In this document: piece after piece, positions 9,303-18,331 of the stretch
Layout of the letters: the number at the start of each line of letters is the position of its first letter
Position numbering within the stretch: position 1 is the first letter of the stretch
From: Verrucomicrobiia bacterium
GTDB taxonomy: Bacteria; Verrucomicrobiota; Verrucomicrobiia; Limisphaerales; UBA11358
DNA: 64,000 nt
Direction: 5' to 3'
Assembly (NCBI GenBank): GCA_031290985.1
Contig: JARLJW010000094.1
Span: forward strand, 2,368-66,367
Program-made: the position numbers and the translations under genes
The notes under the pieces: generated by a model
What the model was told of the DNA's origin: nothing
Database searches by the model: none
The model's input: only the letters and a program-made list of their open reading frames with translations

Positions 9303-10483
9303 GGTGTTGGTCGTGATTGTTCAATTTGAGAGGCACCTTCCTGTCGAGATTCCTTGGCGGCCAGCGCACTCCGCGCCATGCGTTTTTCGCGCAACGTGTC
9401 ATTGATGCGGTCCAGCAGCACCGCCAGGACGATGACGGCTCCGATGATGATTTGACTGTAGTTTTGGTCAATGTTGAGGATGATGATGCCGTTGTTGATC
9501 ATCTGGATGATCAGCGCCCCCAGCAATGCGCCCAAGGCCGTGCCGCGACCGCCGACGAGGCTCGCTCCGCCCACCACCGCCGCGGCGATCACATCCAATT
9601 CATATCCTTTGCCCGCATCCGACGAAGCCGATCCATAATATCCCAGCATGATCATCGCCGCGACGCCGGCGGCAAGTCCGCTGAACGCATAGACCTTTAC
9701 CTTGACGCGGTTCACGGGCAGCCCGCTGAACAGCGACGCTTGTTCGTTGCCACCCACGGCAAAAATGTGGCGACCTGTCACGGCGTGCTTGAGATACCAT
9801 CCGGCTAGGGCAGTGACACCCAGCATGATGGCCAGCGGCACGGGATAGAGATTGGCTCCCTGCCAGTTGATTTCGTAACGGATCAAGCCGTCGGTGAATT
9901 GCGCGGGGAAATGCGTATAGGCCTGGGCCTTCGTCATCACGAACGCCACGCCGCGGTAGATGGCCATGGTTCCCAAGGTGATAACGAACGGGTGCACCCG
10001 CAGAAAGACGACCCCCAGCCCGTTCAACAGACCGCACAATGTTCCGGTTCCGAGACAAATAGCAATCGCCCCCGGCACCACCCAAAAGGGAGACGCCCCG
10101 GCCCCCGGCCCCCGGGGCCCAAAGTGGTTCAGAAACATGGCGCCACAAACGGCCGCCAGGCAATACATGGAGCCCACCGACAAATCTATGCCGCCGGTGA
10201 TGATGACGAAAGTTGCGCCCACCGCCATGATGGCAAAAAATGAAGTGTTCTTGGCCAGATTGCCCAGATTGTCCGCGCGGAGAAATTTGTTCACGGTGAC
10301 GATCCCACCCGTGTCCCGATTAGGCACCTCGAGCGTGCCGCAAAAAAGGGAAAGCAACAATCCCAACGCCAGCACAACCCCCAAAAGTCCGGTCTCCTTA
10401 AACCGTGGATGACGTGCAGCCGTCACGGTCGACAACCCTTGGGAGGATTCTGCATTGAGCAAGGCTGGCTGGTCGGTTTTCAT
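9299..10483 (-). CDS. Sugar ABC transporter permease (RbsC/BPD_transp_2 type)
   Basis: 394 aa, multi-TM, with motifs such as GGIDLSVGS and GGRGTALGALLGALII typical of ribose/xylose-family permeases. Confidence 0.85.
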   Translation of the reverse strand: MKTDQPALLNAESSQGLSTVTAARHPRFKETGLLGVVLALGLLLSLFCGTLEVPNRDTGGIVTVNKFLRADNLGNLAKNTSFFAIMAVGATFVIITGGIDLSVGSMYCLAAVCGAMFLNHFGPRGPGAGASPFWVVPGAIAICLGTGTLCGLLNGLGVVFLRVHPFVITLGTMAIYRGVAFVMTKAQAYTHFPAQFTDGLIRYEINWQGANLYPVPLAIMLGVTALAGWYLKHAVTGRHIFAVGGNEQASLFSGLPVNRVKVKVYAFSGLAAGVAAMIMLGYYGSASSDAGKGYELDVIAAAVVGGASLVGGRGTALGALLGALIIQMINNGIIILNIDQNYSQIIIGAVIVLAVLLDRINDTLREKRMARSALAAKESRQEGASQIEQSRPTP

Positions 10484-10486
10484 GGT

Positions 10487-12031
10487 TTAGGCAACCAACA
10501 CGTTTTCTGGTATCGCCTGCAGGCTGGGGACATTTTGGCCGGCCATGAGTTGCATTACCCGCTCTTGCGTTGCTTCCGCGCGATCCAGCCTTCCCGCAAT
10601 CCGACCATTGCGCATCACAATCACCCGGGTGCTGAGGTTGAGCACTTCCGGCAACTCCGAGGAGATCATCAAGACCGCCAGCCCGGCCGCTGCCAGTTCG
10701 TCAATGAGCCGGTGAATCTCCGCTTTGGCCCCCACATCCACGCCCCGGGTCGGCTCGTCCAGAATCAGGATGCGACATTGGCGGGCGAGCCACTTGGCGA
10801 GGACAAGCTTTTGCTGGTTGCCTCCGGAAAGTGTTTGTGCCGAAACCTGCGGAGAAGCCGCCTTCACCTGAAGTTTCTGGAAAAAATCGGCGATCACGCT
10901 GCGTTCTTTCGCGAGGCGGATGACCCCATGCCGGCTTAACCGGTCCAGCGAGGAAAGGGTGATGTTGCTGCCGCATTCCATGCCCAGGACCAGCCCTTGT
11001 TTTTTGCGATCCTCGCTTACCAACCCGATGCCCAGGGCCATGGCATCGCGCGGGCAGCGCACGGCGGCTTTCCGTCCGGCCACAAAAACCCCGCCGGTCA
11101 TTCTCGCATCCAGCCCAAAGATTCCCAGGGCGACTTCGCTGCGTCCAGCGCCCACCAACCCCGCCATGCCCACGACTTCGCCGGCGCGCAATGAAAAACT
11201 GATGCTGCGAAACTTGCCCGGCGATGAAAGCTCCTCCACGCGCAAACATTCCGGCCCCGGGGCGCGTTCCACATGCTCCGGAAAAAGCTTCTGCCAGGTG
11301 CGGCCGATCATCAAGCGGACCAAGTCCCCCTCGTTGGTCTGCGCCAGCGGCATCGTGGCCACATGCTGGCTGTCACGCATCACGGTCACCGTGTCGCAAA
11401 AGCGGAAAATTTCGTCCATGCGGTGCGAGACATAGATGATGGTTGCCCCGCGTTTGCGCAGCGTGCCGATCAATTCCTCCAGCCGCCGCGCTTCCGATGC
11501 CGACAGGGAACTCGTGGGCTCGTCCAGCACGAAAATATCCGCGCCCGTGGCCAGCGCGGCCGCGACTTGTACCATCTGCATGCGCCCGGGACTCAAGCGC
11601 CCCAATTCTTCACGCACGTCGCAATCCGCCCCGATGGCGTCGAGATGCGATTGGGCCCGCTCTTCGAGCCGCCGCCAATCCACCCGGCCAAAACGCCGCG
11701 GCAAATCGGACAGGCAGACGTTCTCCGCAACGCTCAGGTTGGGACAAAAGGAAAGCTCTTGATGAACGATGGCCACCCCGGCGCGTTGGGCTTCGCGCGG
11801 CGAGCGGAAATGCCGGGCCACGCCCTTGATTTCCACCCGGCCTTCGTCCGGACGATGTATTCCCGCCAAGATTTTCCCGAGCGTGCTCTTGCCCGCGCCA
11901 TTCTCACCCATCAAGGCGTGGCAGCTTCCGCCCGCCACGTCAAAGCTTACGTTTTGCAGCGCGACAGTTCCCGGAAACCGTTTGCTGATGTTGTAAAAGC
12001 GAACGCTGGGAATGAAAGGCTCGACACTCAA
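10487..12031 (-). CDS. Sugar ABC transporter ATP-binding protein (duplicated ABC domains, RbsA/MglA type)
   Basis: Walker A GENGAGKST, signatures LSPGRMQ/LSGGNQQK, Walker B FVLDEPTSSL/LILDEPTRGVD. The start codon at 12031 is TTG. Confidence 0.9.
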   Translation of the reverse strand: MSVEPFIPSVRFYNISKRFPGTVALQNVSFDVAGGSCHALMGENGAGKSTLGKILAGIHRPDEGRVEIKGVARHFRSPREAQRAGVAIVHQELSFCPNLSVAENVCLSDLPRRFGRVDWRRLEERAQSHLDAIGADCDVREELGRLSPGRMQMVQVAAALATGADIFVLDEPTSSLSASEARRLEELIGTLRKRGATIIYVSHRMDEIFRFCDTVTVMRDSQHVATMPLAQTNEGDLVRLMIGRTWQKLFPEHVERAPGPECLRVEELSSPGKFRSISFSLRAGEVVGMAGLVGAGRSEVALGIFGLDARMTGGVFVAGRKAAVRCPRDAMALGIGLVSEDRKKQGLVLGMECGSNITLSSLDRLSRHGVIRLAKERSVIADFFQKLQVKAASPQVSAQTLSGGNQQKLVLAKWLARQCRILILDEPTRGVDVGAKAEIHRLIDELAAAGLAVLMISSELPEVLNLSTRVIVMRNGRIAGRLDRAEATQERVMQLMAGQNVPSLQAIPENVLVA

Positions 12032-12054
12032 GATTGCACAAGGAAATGGCCGGG

Positions 12055-13101
12055 TTATGGATTCGGCGGGGGCGGCAGGATTTTGGGCTGCGCCGCCCGC
12101 TCAAACGTATCCACCGGCACGACGATGCGTTTGCCGCTCGAATGAGATTTAATTGCGGCCATCGCCAGTTGCAACGCCCGCCGTCCGGCCCGGGCATGTA
12201 CCGGCGGTTGTTTGCCGGCTTTGAAGGCCTCCAGCACCGCATCCATGTGCCGGTCAAACGTGAGATAAAAATCACGGTCGCGGTCATTGAAATAACCGGA
12301 CTGCCAAACCTCGGCGGTTTCGGATCCCGCCGCATTAAATGTATAGCGACGCACCGTATCCTCGATGAGAATCCGGCCTTTCGTCCCATTTATTTCCACG
12401 CGGTGCGTGTCAGGATAGGCATAGGAAGAATCATAGGAGCCGACCAGGCTGCCAACCGCGCCGTTCGCAAAATGCAGTGCCAGCACCAGGGTGCGATAAG
12501 TTCCCTTGTGCGTTTTATCGGTCATTTGCGCCATGACCGAGTCAATGGGCCCGCAGAGAAACTCCAACATGTCAAACGCATGGCACTGGGTCTCGAACAG
12601 GTTGTTGAATGGATGGCTGGTGCCGCCCTCGCCTCCGAAGCGCCAGGTGGCAAAGGTCAAATCTCCCAGCCTGCCTTTTTGAATGGCCTCGTGCGCCAAA
12701 GCCACCGGCCGGGCATAGTGATGATTGAAATTGATGCCAAAGAACAGTTTGCGCTTCGCCGCTGCCTGCAAGAGCTGATCCGCTTCTTTCAAGTCAAACA
12801 CCAGCGGCTTTTCAACAAATAAAGGCACGCCCGCCCGGATCACTTCCATGGTGGGCTGAAAATGGCCATCATTGGGCAGCGAGAGAAAAGCCAGATCGGG
12901 CTTCTCTTCCGCCAGCATTTCCGGGATGTTCGTATAGGCGCGAACCCCAAACTGCGCGGCGCGGGCCTTCGTTTTTTCCGGGGTGCGGCCGGCAATCGCG
13001 CGGAAATCCACATCGGGACGCTGCGACAAAATGCGGGCGTGCTGAAGTCCCCATCCACCCGCGCCAATCAGGACGGCTTTTATTTTGGCTGGAGCGCTCA
13101 T
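12055..13101 (-). CDS. Gfo/Idh/MocA family oxidoreductase
   Basis: N-terminal Rossmann motif KAVLIGAGGWGLQHA followed by ...VFVEKPL. The ATG overlaps the stop of the upstream dehydrogenase (ATGA 13098..13101). Confidence 0.85.
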   Translation of the reverse strand: MSAPAKIKAVLIGAGGWGLQHARILSQRPDVDFRAIAGRTPEKTKARAAQFGVRAYTNIPEMLAEEKPDLAFLSLPNDGHFQPTMEVIRAGVPLFVEKPLVFDLKEADQLLQAAAKRKLFFGINFNHHYARPVALAHEAIQKGRLGDLTFATWRFGGEGGTSHPFNNLFETQCHAFDMLEFLCGPIDSVMAQMTDKTHKGTYRTLVLALHFANGAVGSLVGSYDSSYAYPDTHRVEINGTKGRILIEDTVRRYTFNAAGSETAEVWQSGYFNDRDRDFYLTFDRHMDAVLEAFKAGKQPPVHARAGRRALQLAMAAIKSHSSGKRIVVPVDTFERAAQPKILPPPPNP

Positions 13102-14129
13102 TGTTCAATAATTACCTTGCCGGTTTCACCACTGAAGAACAGCTCGAAGGATTTTTGGATTTCATCCACCCCAAAACGATGGGTGATGATCTGGTTGAGA
13201 TAGGAGCGATGCTGCGTGAGCCGGCGAAGGTTGGCCGGCAATTCATCAAAACGGAAGTATTCGCTGCCCACCACGCTCCGCTCCGGCGCGATGATGTCGG
13301 GTGAAACTTTCAACGCGATGCCTTCCCCATGCCCGACGCAAATCAGCGACCCCCGCTGGGCCAGCGCGCGATGGCCTTCCTCCCGCGCGGCCTGTTTGCC
13401 ACTTGTGTCCACCGCCATGTCAGCCGCATCAGCGCCATGCGCCTTCAGCCCGTCCTTGATGGAGCCTTTGGCAACATTGATCGGGAGACCGCCGAGTTTC
13501 TCCGCCAGCTTGAGACGGTAGGGAACAATGTCCGTCAAATAGACCTTCACCTGCTGGCCAAGAATAATCTTCGCCATCATCAAAACCCCCAGCCCAATCG
13601 GGCCGGCTCCGAGAACCAGCAGCGACTCGATGTCCGGCCGCATCAACTGGCAACGCTCAATCGCGTGGCCGCCCGTACCCATGATGTCGAGCAGCAGCGT
13701 GCCCTCCGTGGCCGAAAATTCCTTGGGCACCGGGAAAAAAATGCTTTCATGAACCAATTCATACTGCCCATATCCGCCGTCGCGATTGAAACCCATGTCG
13801 CCGCGCTTTTGCAGGCATTGATTGGTGAAGCCCAGCCGGCAGGAGCGGCAGTGCCCGCAAAAATCCATCAAGAAAACCACGCCCGGCGTGCCAACGGGAA
13901 TGCGCGTATCGGGTCCGACGGCAACCACCGTGCCCGCCGCCTCATGCCCGGGGGTGGTGGGTGTTCCGTCAAAAAATTGCGGCCTTTCCGAGCCGCAAAG
14001 CGCGTTGGCCTGGACGCGCATCAGGAGCTGGCCCGGACCTGGCTGCGGAACCGGTTTTTCGCCGAATTTGATTTGTTTGTTCCCGGCAAAGACCGGAACC
14101 CTGCATTGGGATGGTATGGATTGTGTCAT
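13098..14129 (-). CDS. Zn-dependent alcohol/polyol dehydrogenase (MDR family, sorbitol/threonine dehydrogenase-like)
   Basis: Motifs CGSERPQ...GHEAAGTVVAVG, CGHCRSCRLG (structural Zn) and GAGPIGLG (NAD). The track start 14168 is TTG; the first ATG is 14129 (MTQSIPSQ). Confidence 0.85.
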   Translation of the reverse strand: MTQSIPSQCRVPVFAGNKQIKFGEKPVPQPGPGQLLMRVQANALCGSERPQFFDGTPTTPGHEAAGTVVAVGPDTRIPVGTPGVVFLMDFCGHCRSCRLGFTNQCLQKRGDMGFNRDGGYGQYELVHESIFFPVPKEFSATEGTLLLDIMGTGGHAIERCQLMRPDIESLLVLGAGPIGLGVLMMAKIILGQQVKVYLTDIVPYRLKLAEKLGGLPINVAKGSIKDGLKAHGADAADMAVDTSGKQAAREEGHRALAQRGSLICVGHGEGIALKVSPDIIAPERSVVGSEYFRFDELPANLRRLTQHRSYLNQIITHRFGVDEIQKSFELFFSGETGKVIIEQ

Positions 14130-14245
14130 GCAAAAAAATTGAATGTGGAATTTGAATTTGCCGGCCAACTAGTTGGATTGCTGGGTGTCACCGCCGTAAA
14201 ACCCAGGGTGAATATTACATGTTTTCATTGCGCATGTTTTAACTG

Positions 14246-15136
14246 CTACAGATGCGAAGTGCTGTGGCTGATCATCCATTGGATGTCGCGGTCAGTGGGA
14301 AACGTGCCGCTAAAACCGGTATTAGGATTGGTATATTTGACCGACTGACTGGTGGTGGCTTCCAGCCATTTGTGCAACTCTGAATGGCCGTCCGCAAAAG
14401 TGAGGGAATTGGCCTGGTTATGAAAACTGCCCGGCAAATCACTTCCCCACTTGATGGTCGTCGTCGGATTGATGACCAGCCAGCCGTCGTTGATGCTATC
14501 CGGATGCTCATCCGTGAACACCCAAAGATCCACCGGCGCGGGAGAATTCATGTCTGTCGTCTTATTGTAGTAATGATAGGAAGCCGTAAAGTCATTCGGC
14601 GAGGGCGGAGGCGAACCGCTGCCGTATCCGCCCCCGATAAAAGCATTCAGCGAATTGCTGCGCAGTCGGGGAACCTGACTCCCGCCTTCGGAACACAAAT
14701 AGACATCCCCTGGACATTTATAAACGCCGAGATTCTGGGTCAGAGGCCATAGCAGTCCATTTTTAATCGTGTCAACATTGGTGTTGTCCGTATTGTCAGG
14801 CGCCCAGCTCTCGGTGCCCAACACCCAATTGGGAGACCCCATCCCCGGCATCATCGTATTCCGGCAACAGCGCTCATGATCATCACCGGAATACATTATC
14901 CAGGCCAGACCGAGCTGCTTGTGATTGCTCAAACACTGTATCTGTTGTGCCTTAATCTTGGCCTTGCTCAAGGCGGGCAGCAGCATCGCGGCCAGAATCG
15001 CAATGATGGCAATGACGACAAGCAGCTCAATCAAGGTAAAAGCGGCAAACCCATGGGCCGCAAACCTGTCCCGCCGTCGGCTCTTCGCCCTAACTTCCTG
15101 CCCGCCGGGCCTTTTGCAAGTGCCTGAGATATTCAT
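14246..15136 (-). CDS. DUF1559 / H-X9-DG protein with a prepilin-type N-terminal cleavage/methylation motif
   Basis: Motifs [28 protein letters not shown] and, at the C-terminus, [13 protein letters not shown] (an exact H-X9-DG). The track start 15238 is TTG; the first ATG is 15136. Confidence 0.8.
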   Translation of the reverse strand: MNISGTCKRPGGQEVRAKSRRRDRFAAHGFAAFTLIELLVVIAIIAILAAMLLPALSKAKIKAQQIQCLSNHKQLGLAWIMYSGDDHERCCRNTMMPGMGSPNWVLGTESWAPDNTDNTNVDTIKNGLLWPLTQNLGVYKCPGDVYLCSEGGSQVPRLRSNSLNAFIGGGYGSGSPPPSPNDFTASYHYYNKTTDMNSPAPVDLWVFTDEHPDSINDGWLVINPTTTIKWGSDLPGSFHNQANSLTFADGHSELHKWLEATTSQSVKYTNPNTGFSGTFPTDRDIQWMISHSTSHL

Positions 15137-15335
15137 TTTCAGTGATTCGTTCGTTTGTAATTCTGGCCGATCAATACCTGCTGTGAGCTGCATGCTGATA
15201 TCACCTGCCCCCATCCCGGCACCTTGTGCTCCATCCAAAAATCAGCAAAAATAATTTAGCGTGTTTTTGCATGGCGATTACGCGGTTGGTTTGGTGTTTT
15301 GCTTGGGTATATCCTCCCTCATTATTCCTGTTCAT

Positions 15336-15364
15336 CCATGAGTTTTAGCGGCTGGCATTTTGAG
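15336..15364. promoter_or_regulatory. Conserved intergenic box 1 (CCATGAGTTTTAGCGGCTGGCATTTTGAG). A second copy lies at 26433..26461.
   Basis: 25 of 29 nt are identical to 26433..26461. Both copies are preceded 17-18 nt upstream by ATCCTCCC and followed about 125 nt later by box 2. Confidence 0.35.
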
Positions 15365-15489
15365 AATCCTTGCCAAGGCGTATTTTGCGGCGCATTTTTA
15401 AACAATCCGGCATTTTTCCTTTAGACAATATGGAAAACTTGTAGTTTAATGGCTGCATCACTTAACTCATAAATCTGCTTCCCAAATCT

Positions 15490-15510
15490 TTTTTAAGATT
15501 GGTTACGACA
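15490..15510. promoter_or_regulatory. Conserved intergenic box 2 (TTTTTAAGATTGGTTACGACA). A second copy lies at 26585..26605.
   Basis: About 16-17 of 21 nt match TTTTTAAGACTGGTTTCGCAT at 26585..26605, at the same spacing from box 1 in both loci. Confidence 0.3.
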
Positions 15511-15597
15511 GATTTGCGGGTTTTTAGATTTGGCTCAGAAATTAGACGCCTGCTGAAATTGCTTTGGAACGAATGACGGCTAAATGATTGCCCACGC

Positions 15598-18114
15598 ATG
15601 AAAGCCCCCCGCAGGAAGAAGTCCGTTGCTGGTCGGAAGCAGGCTCATAAGACCGGGCAACCTCTTGATCCGTTGAGGCTAAGCCGGCGGAAATTGTGGT
15701 GCTTTCGGTTTCTCATTGTGATGGGTGTTCCGCTGGTTCTGCTCGGGACGCTCGGGTTGATTTTGCAACTGATTGGTTTTGGTTATCCCACCGGATTCTT
15801 GCTGCCATCACAACAAGATGGGAAGAACGTTCTGGTTCAGAACAACCAGTTCGGCTGGCGCTTTTTTGGCCCGGCCATGGCCCGTCTACCTCAACCGGTT
15901 TGCTTTCCAGAAATCAAGGGTTCCAACACCGTTCGCATCATCGTTTTTGGAGAATCGGCCGCGCTGGGCGATCCGCAACCAAATTTTGGCCTGCCGCGAA
16001 TGCTGGAGGCCATGCTGGAGTTGCGCTATCCCGGCACCCACTTTGAGGTCGTAAATGCCGCCATTGTTGCCATTAATTCCAACGTCGTTTTGCCCATCGC
16101 CCGCGATTGCACCAAGGCAAATGCCGATATCTGGGTGATTTACATGGGTAATAATGAAGTGGTCGGGCCGTTTGGTGCCGGCACGGTCTTTGGACAACAG
16201 GCACCTCCGCTTCCCCTGATTCATGCCAGCCTGGCCTTCAAAACCACACGCATTGGCCAGCTGATTGACGCCCTTCATTCGGTAATCCGGAAACCGCCGC
16301 CGGACAAAAGCGAATGGGGAGGCATGGAAATGTTTTTAAATCAGCAGGTTCTTATGGATGACCCGCGCATGGGAGCCGTTTATGACCATTTTTCAAAAAA
16401 CCTTGCGGATATTATCAGTGTGGGACGAATAGCCGGCGCTGGAATCGTGGTGAGCACTGTGGCGGTGAATTTGAAGGATTGTGCGCCGTTCGGCTCGGAG
16501 CACCGTCAAGGATTAGCCGCAGCGGATGAAAGCAAATGGGAACAGCTTTATAAAAATGGTGTTGACGCACAATCGGCTGGAAAAGCCGGGGCCGCGGCCG
16601 GCTGGTTTCACGAGGCGGCGCAGATTGATGACCAGTTTGCGGATTTGCGCTTTCGCCAGGGTTCTTGTGCGCTGGAACTCGGCAACATCAACGATGCACA
16701 AAAACAATTTGCCGCCGCCCGCGATCAGGACACCCTGCGCTTTCGCTGCGACAGCCGGCTAAATGATTTGATCCGGCAGGGTGTTTCGAATTTTGCCGAT
16801 CGGCAGGTGTTCCTGGCGGACGCGGAAACCGCTTTCGCAGAACAAAGCCCGGATGGCCTGCCCGGCAGTGATTTATTCTACGAACACGTTCACCTGACTT
16901 TTGATGGCAATTATCTTTTAGCCCGCACCCTGGTTCCCAAACTGGAAATGTTGTTGCCGGAAAGAATCACCGCGCAGGTCGCCGCCAGCCAGCCTTGGCC
17001 GTCTGAAGCCGATTGCGCGCGACGATTGGCATGGTCCGATTGGGACAAGCAGGCGGCGTTGTCTGAAATATTTTCCCGCTTGGGCAATCCCCCTTTCAAC
17101 CATCAAATCAATCATGACCGGCAAATACAAAACCTGGAAGCATCGCTGGACAAATTAATGCCGGCAACCCAACCCATGGGCATCAAGGCGGCGCAAAACC
17201 TGTGCGAACAATCCTTGTCCGCCATGCCGGATGATCCATTTTTATGCGAACAGATGGCGGCGCTGGATCAATTATCCGGCAATTTGGCCGGGGCCATGAC
17301 CAATGCCCAACGCGCCGTCAACCTGCTTCCCAGCAGCGCGGTTGACTGGTCGCAACTGGGCGTCATCCTGGCGAAACAGAAAAAGTATGAAGCGGCGGCC
17401 GCGGCTTTCCGTCGGGCTTTTCAGCTGAACCCCGAAGACGTTTGGTCTCTGCAAAATCTCGCACAGTCCCTGAACGATCTTGGACAGCATGCGGAAGCGA
17501 TTCGCGAATACCGGCATGCCGTGGCCGTCAAACCGCGGTTTGGGCCGGCCTGGCTTGGGCTGGGCCAGATATTCGAAGCCCTGGGACGTAAAACCGAGGC
17601 GGAAGACTGTTACCAGCAGGCCCTGCGCAATCGAATTGACCGCGCCCCGGAATTAACGGCCCTGGCCCGCTTTTGCGCCAATCACAACTGGCGCGAAGCC
17701 GCCGCGACTAATTTTGATGACGCCATAAAACTTAATCCTTTCGAGGCGATGCTCCATGTTGAAGCGGGCCAAAATCTTTCTGTTTTGGGACGCCGCCTGG
17801 AAGCTGAACGGCACTTTCGCGAGGCTGTGAGGCTTTCGCCGGATTCGATTCAAGCCCATTTTTTTTATGGTTCGGAGCTGGGACGCGATGGCAAACCGGC
17901 CGATGCCGTCAGAGAATTTCGCGAAGCGGTGCGGATCATGCCGGATATGGTCGAAGCCCGTTATAACCTGGGCATCTCGCTTGTGGATGCCGGAAATTAT
18001 TCGGACGCCCTCGCGCAATTTGAAATAGTCCTTGCGCGGGACCCCGCCAATGCCAAAGCCCTTCAATATGCCAAAGCCCTGCGCCAGAAGCTCGCCGGGT
18101 TGCCACCACACTGA
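15598..18114 (+). CDS. Membrane-anchored SGNH/GDSL-like hydrolase domain protein with C-terminal TPR repeats
   Basis: N-terminal TM segment (FLIVMGVPLVLLGTLGLILQLI). SGNH-like blocks IIVFGESAALG, IYMGNNE and DLFYEHVHLTFDGNYLLA. The C-terminal half consists of TPR repeats (AWLGLGQIFEALGRKTEAEDCYQQAL and similar). Confidence 0.7.
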   Translation: MKAPRRKKSVAGRKQAHKTGQPLDPLRLSRRKLWCFRFLIVMGVPLVLLGTLGLILQLIGFGYPTGFLLPSQQDGKNVLVQNNQFGWRFFGPAMARLPQPVCFPEIKGSNTVRIIVFGESAALGDPQPNFGLPRMLEAMLELRYPGTHFEVVNAAIVAINSNVVLPIARDCTKANADIWVIYMGNNEVVGPFGAGTVFGQQAPPLPLIHASLAFKTTRIGQLIDALHSVIRKPPPDKSEWGGMEMFLNQQVLMDDPRMGAVYDHFSKNLADIISVGRIAGAGIVVSTVAVNLKDCAPFGSEHRQGLAAADESKWEQLYKNGVDAQSAGKAGAAAGWFHEAAQIDDQFADLRFRQGSCALELGNINDAQKQFAAARDQDTLRFRCDSRLNDLIRQGVSNFADRQVFLADAETAFAEQSPDGLPGSDLFYEHVHLTFDGNYLLARTLVPKLEMLLPERITAQVAASQPWPSEADCARRLAWSDWDKQAALSEIFSRLGNPPFNHQINHDRQIQNLEASLDKLMPATQPMGIKAAQNLCEQSLSAMPDDPFLCEQMAALDQLSGNLAGAMTNAQRAVNLLPSSAVDWSQLGVILAKQKKYEAAAAAFRRAFQLNPEDVWSLQNLAQSLNDLGQHAEAIREYRHAVAVKPRFGPAWLGLGQIFEALGRKTEAEDCYQQALRNRIDRAPELTALARFCANHNWREAAATNFDDAIKLNPFEAMLHVEAGQNLSVLGRRLEAERHFREAVRLSPDSIQAHFFYGSELGRDGKPADAVREFREAVRIMPDMVEARYNLGISLVDAGNYSDALAQFEIVLARDPANAKALQYAKALRQKLAGLPPH

Positions 18115-18175
18115 TTATAATGCATCATGATGCCTCACAAGCCAGCACCTCAACCAACCCGATTATAAACAACTC

Positions 18176-18328
18176 ATGTGGTCGCTACTTAAGGAATTTT
18201 TCAAGTTCGCCAGGCAGGAAAAAAAATGGTGGTTGATCCCGCTCATCATCCTGCTGCTCCTGTTGGGGGCCATTCTCATCTTCACCGCCAACTCGGGCAT
18301 CGCCTGGGCGCTCTATCCCTTTCTTTGA
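18176..18328 (+). CDS. Small membrane protein, DUF5989 / SxtK-like (50 aa)
   Basis: Not in the ORF track. Manual translation gives MWSLLKEFFKFARQEKKWWLIPLIIILLLLGAILIFTANSGIAWALYPFL. It matches the remembered DUF5989 pattern (KK-W-L-PII-LLLLG...) and its usual position directly upstream of a carbamoyltransferase. Confidence 0.65.
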   Translation: MWSLLKEFFKFARQEKKWWLIPLIILLLLLGAILIFTANSGIAWALYPFL

Positions 18329-18331
18329 TTC

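Noticed and set aside
5297-15136. Bacterial microcompartment context for the GRE (shell proteins, aldehyde dehydrogenase, phosphotransacylase), as seen for several eliminase-type GREs and for PVC fucose/rhamnose metabolism
   Set aside because: No BMC-H/BMC-P-like small shell ORFs and none of the usual signature enzymes are present in or next to the operon within this window.
15351-15381. Possible sigma-54 promoter in box 1 (CTGGCATTTTGAGAATCCTTGCC contains a TGGCA and a TTGC)
   Set aside because: The GG-to-GC spacing is 18 nt rather than the 12 nt required by the -24/-12 consensus. The TGGCA is also not conserved in the second copy (CTGAATTTTT).
15338-15421. Short leader-peptide ORF starting at the ATG inside box 1 (MSFSGWHFENPCQGVFCGAFLNNPAFFL)
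   Set aside because: In the second copy the same ATG opens only a 5-codon frame (MSFGG-stop). Conservation is therefore at the nucleotide level, not the peptide level.
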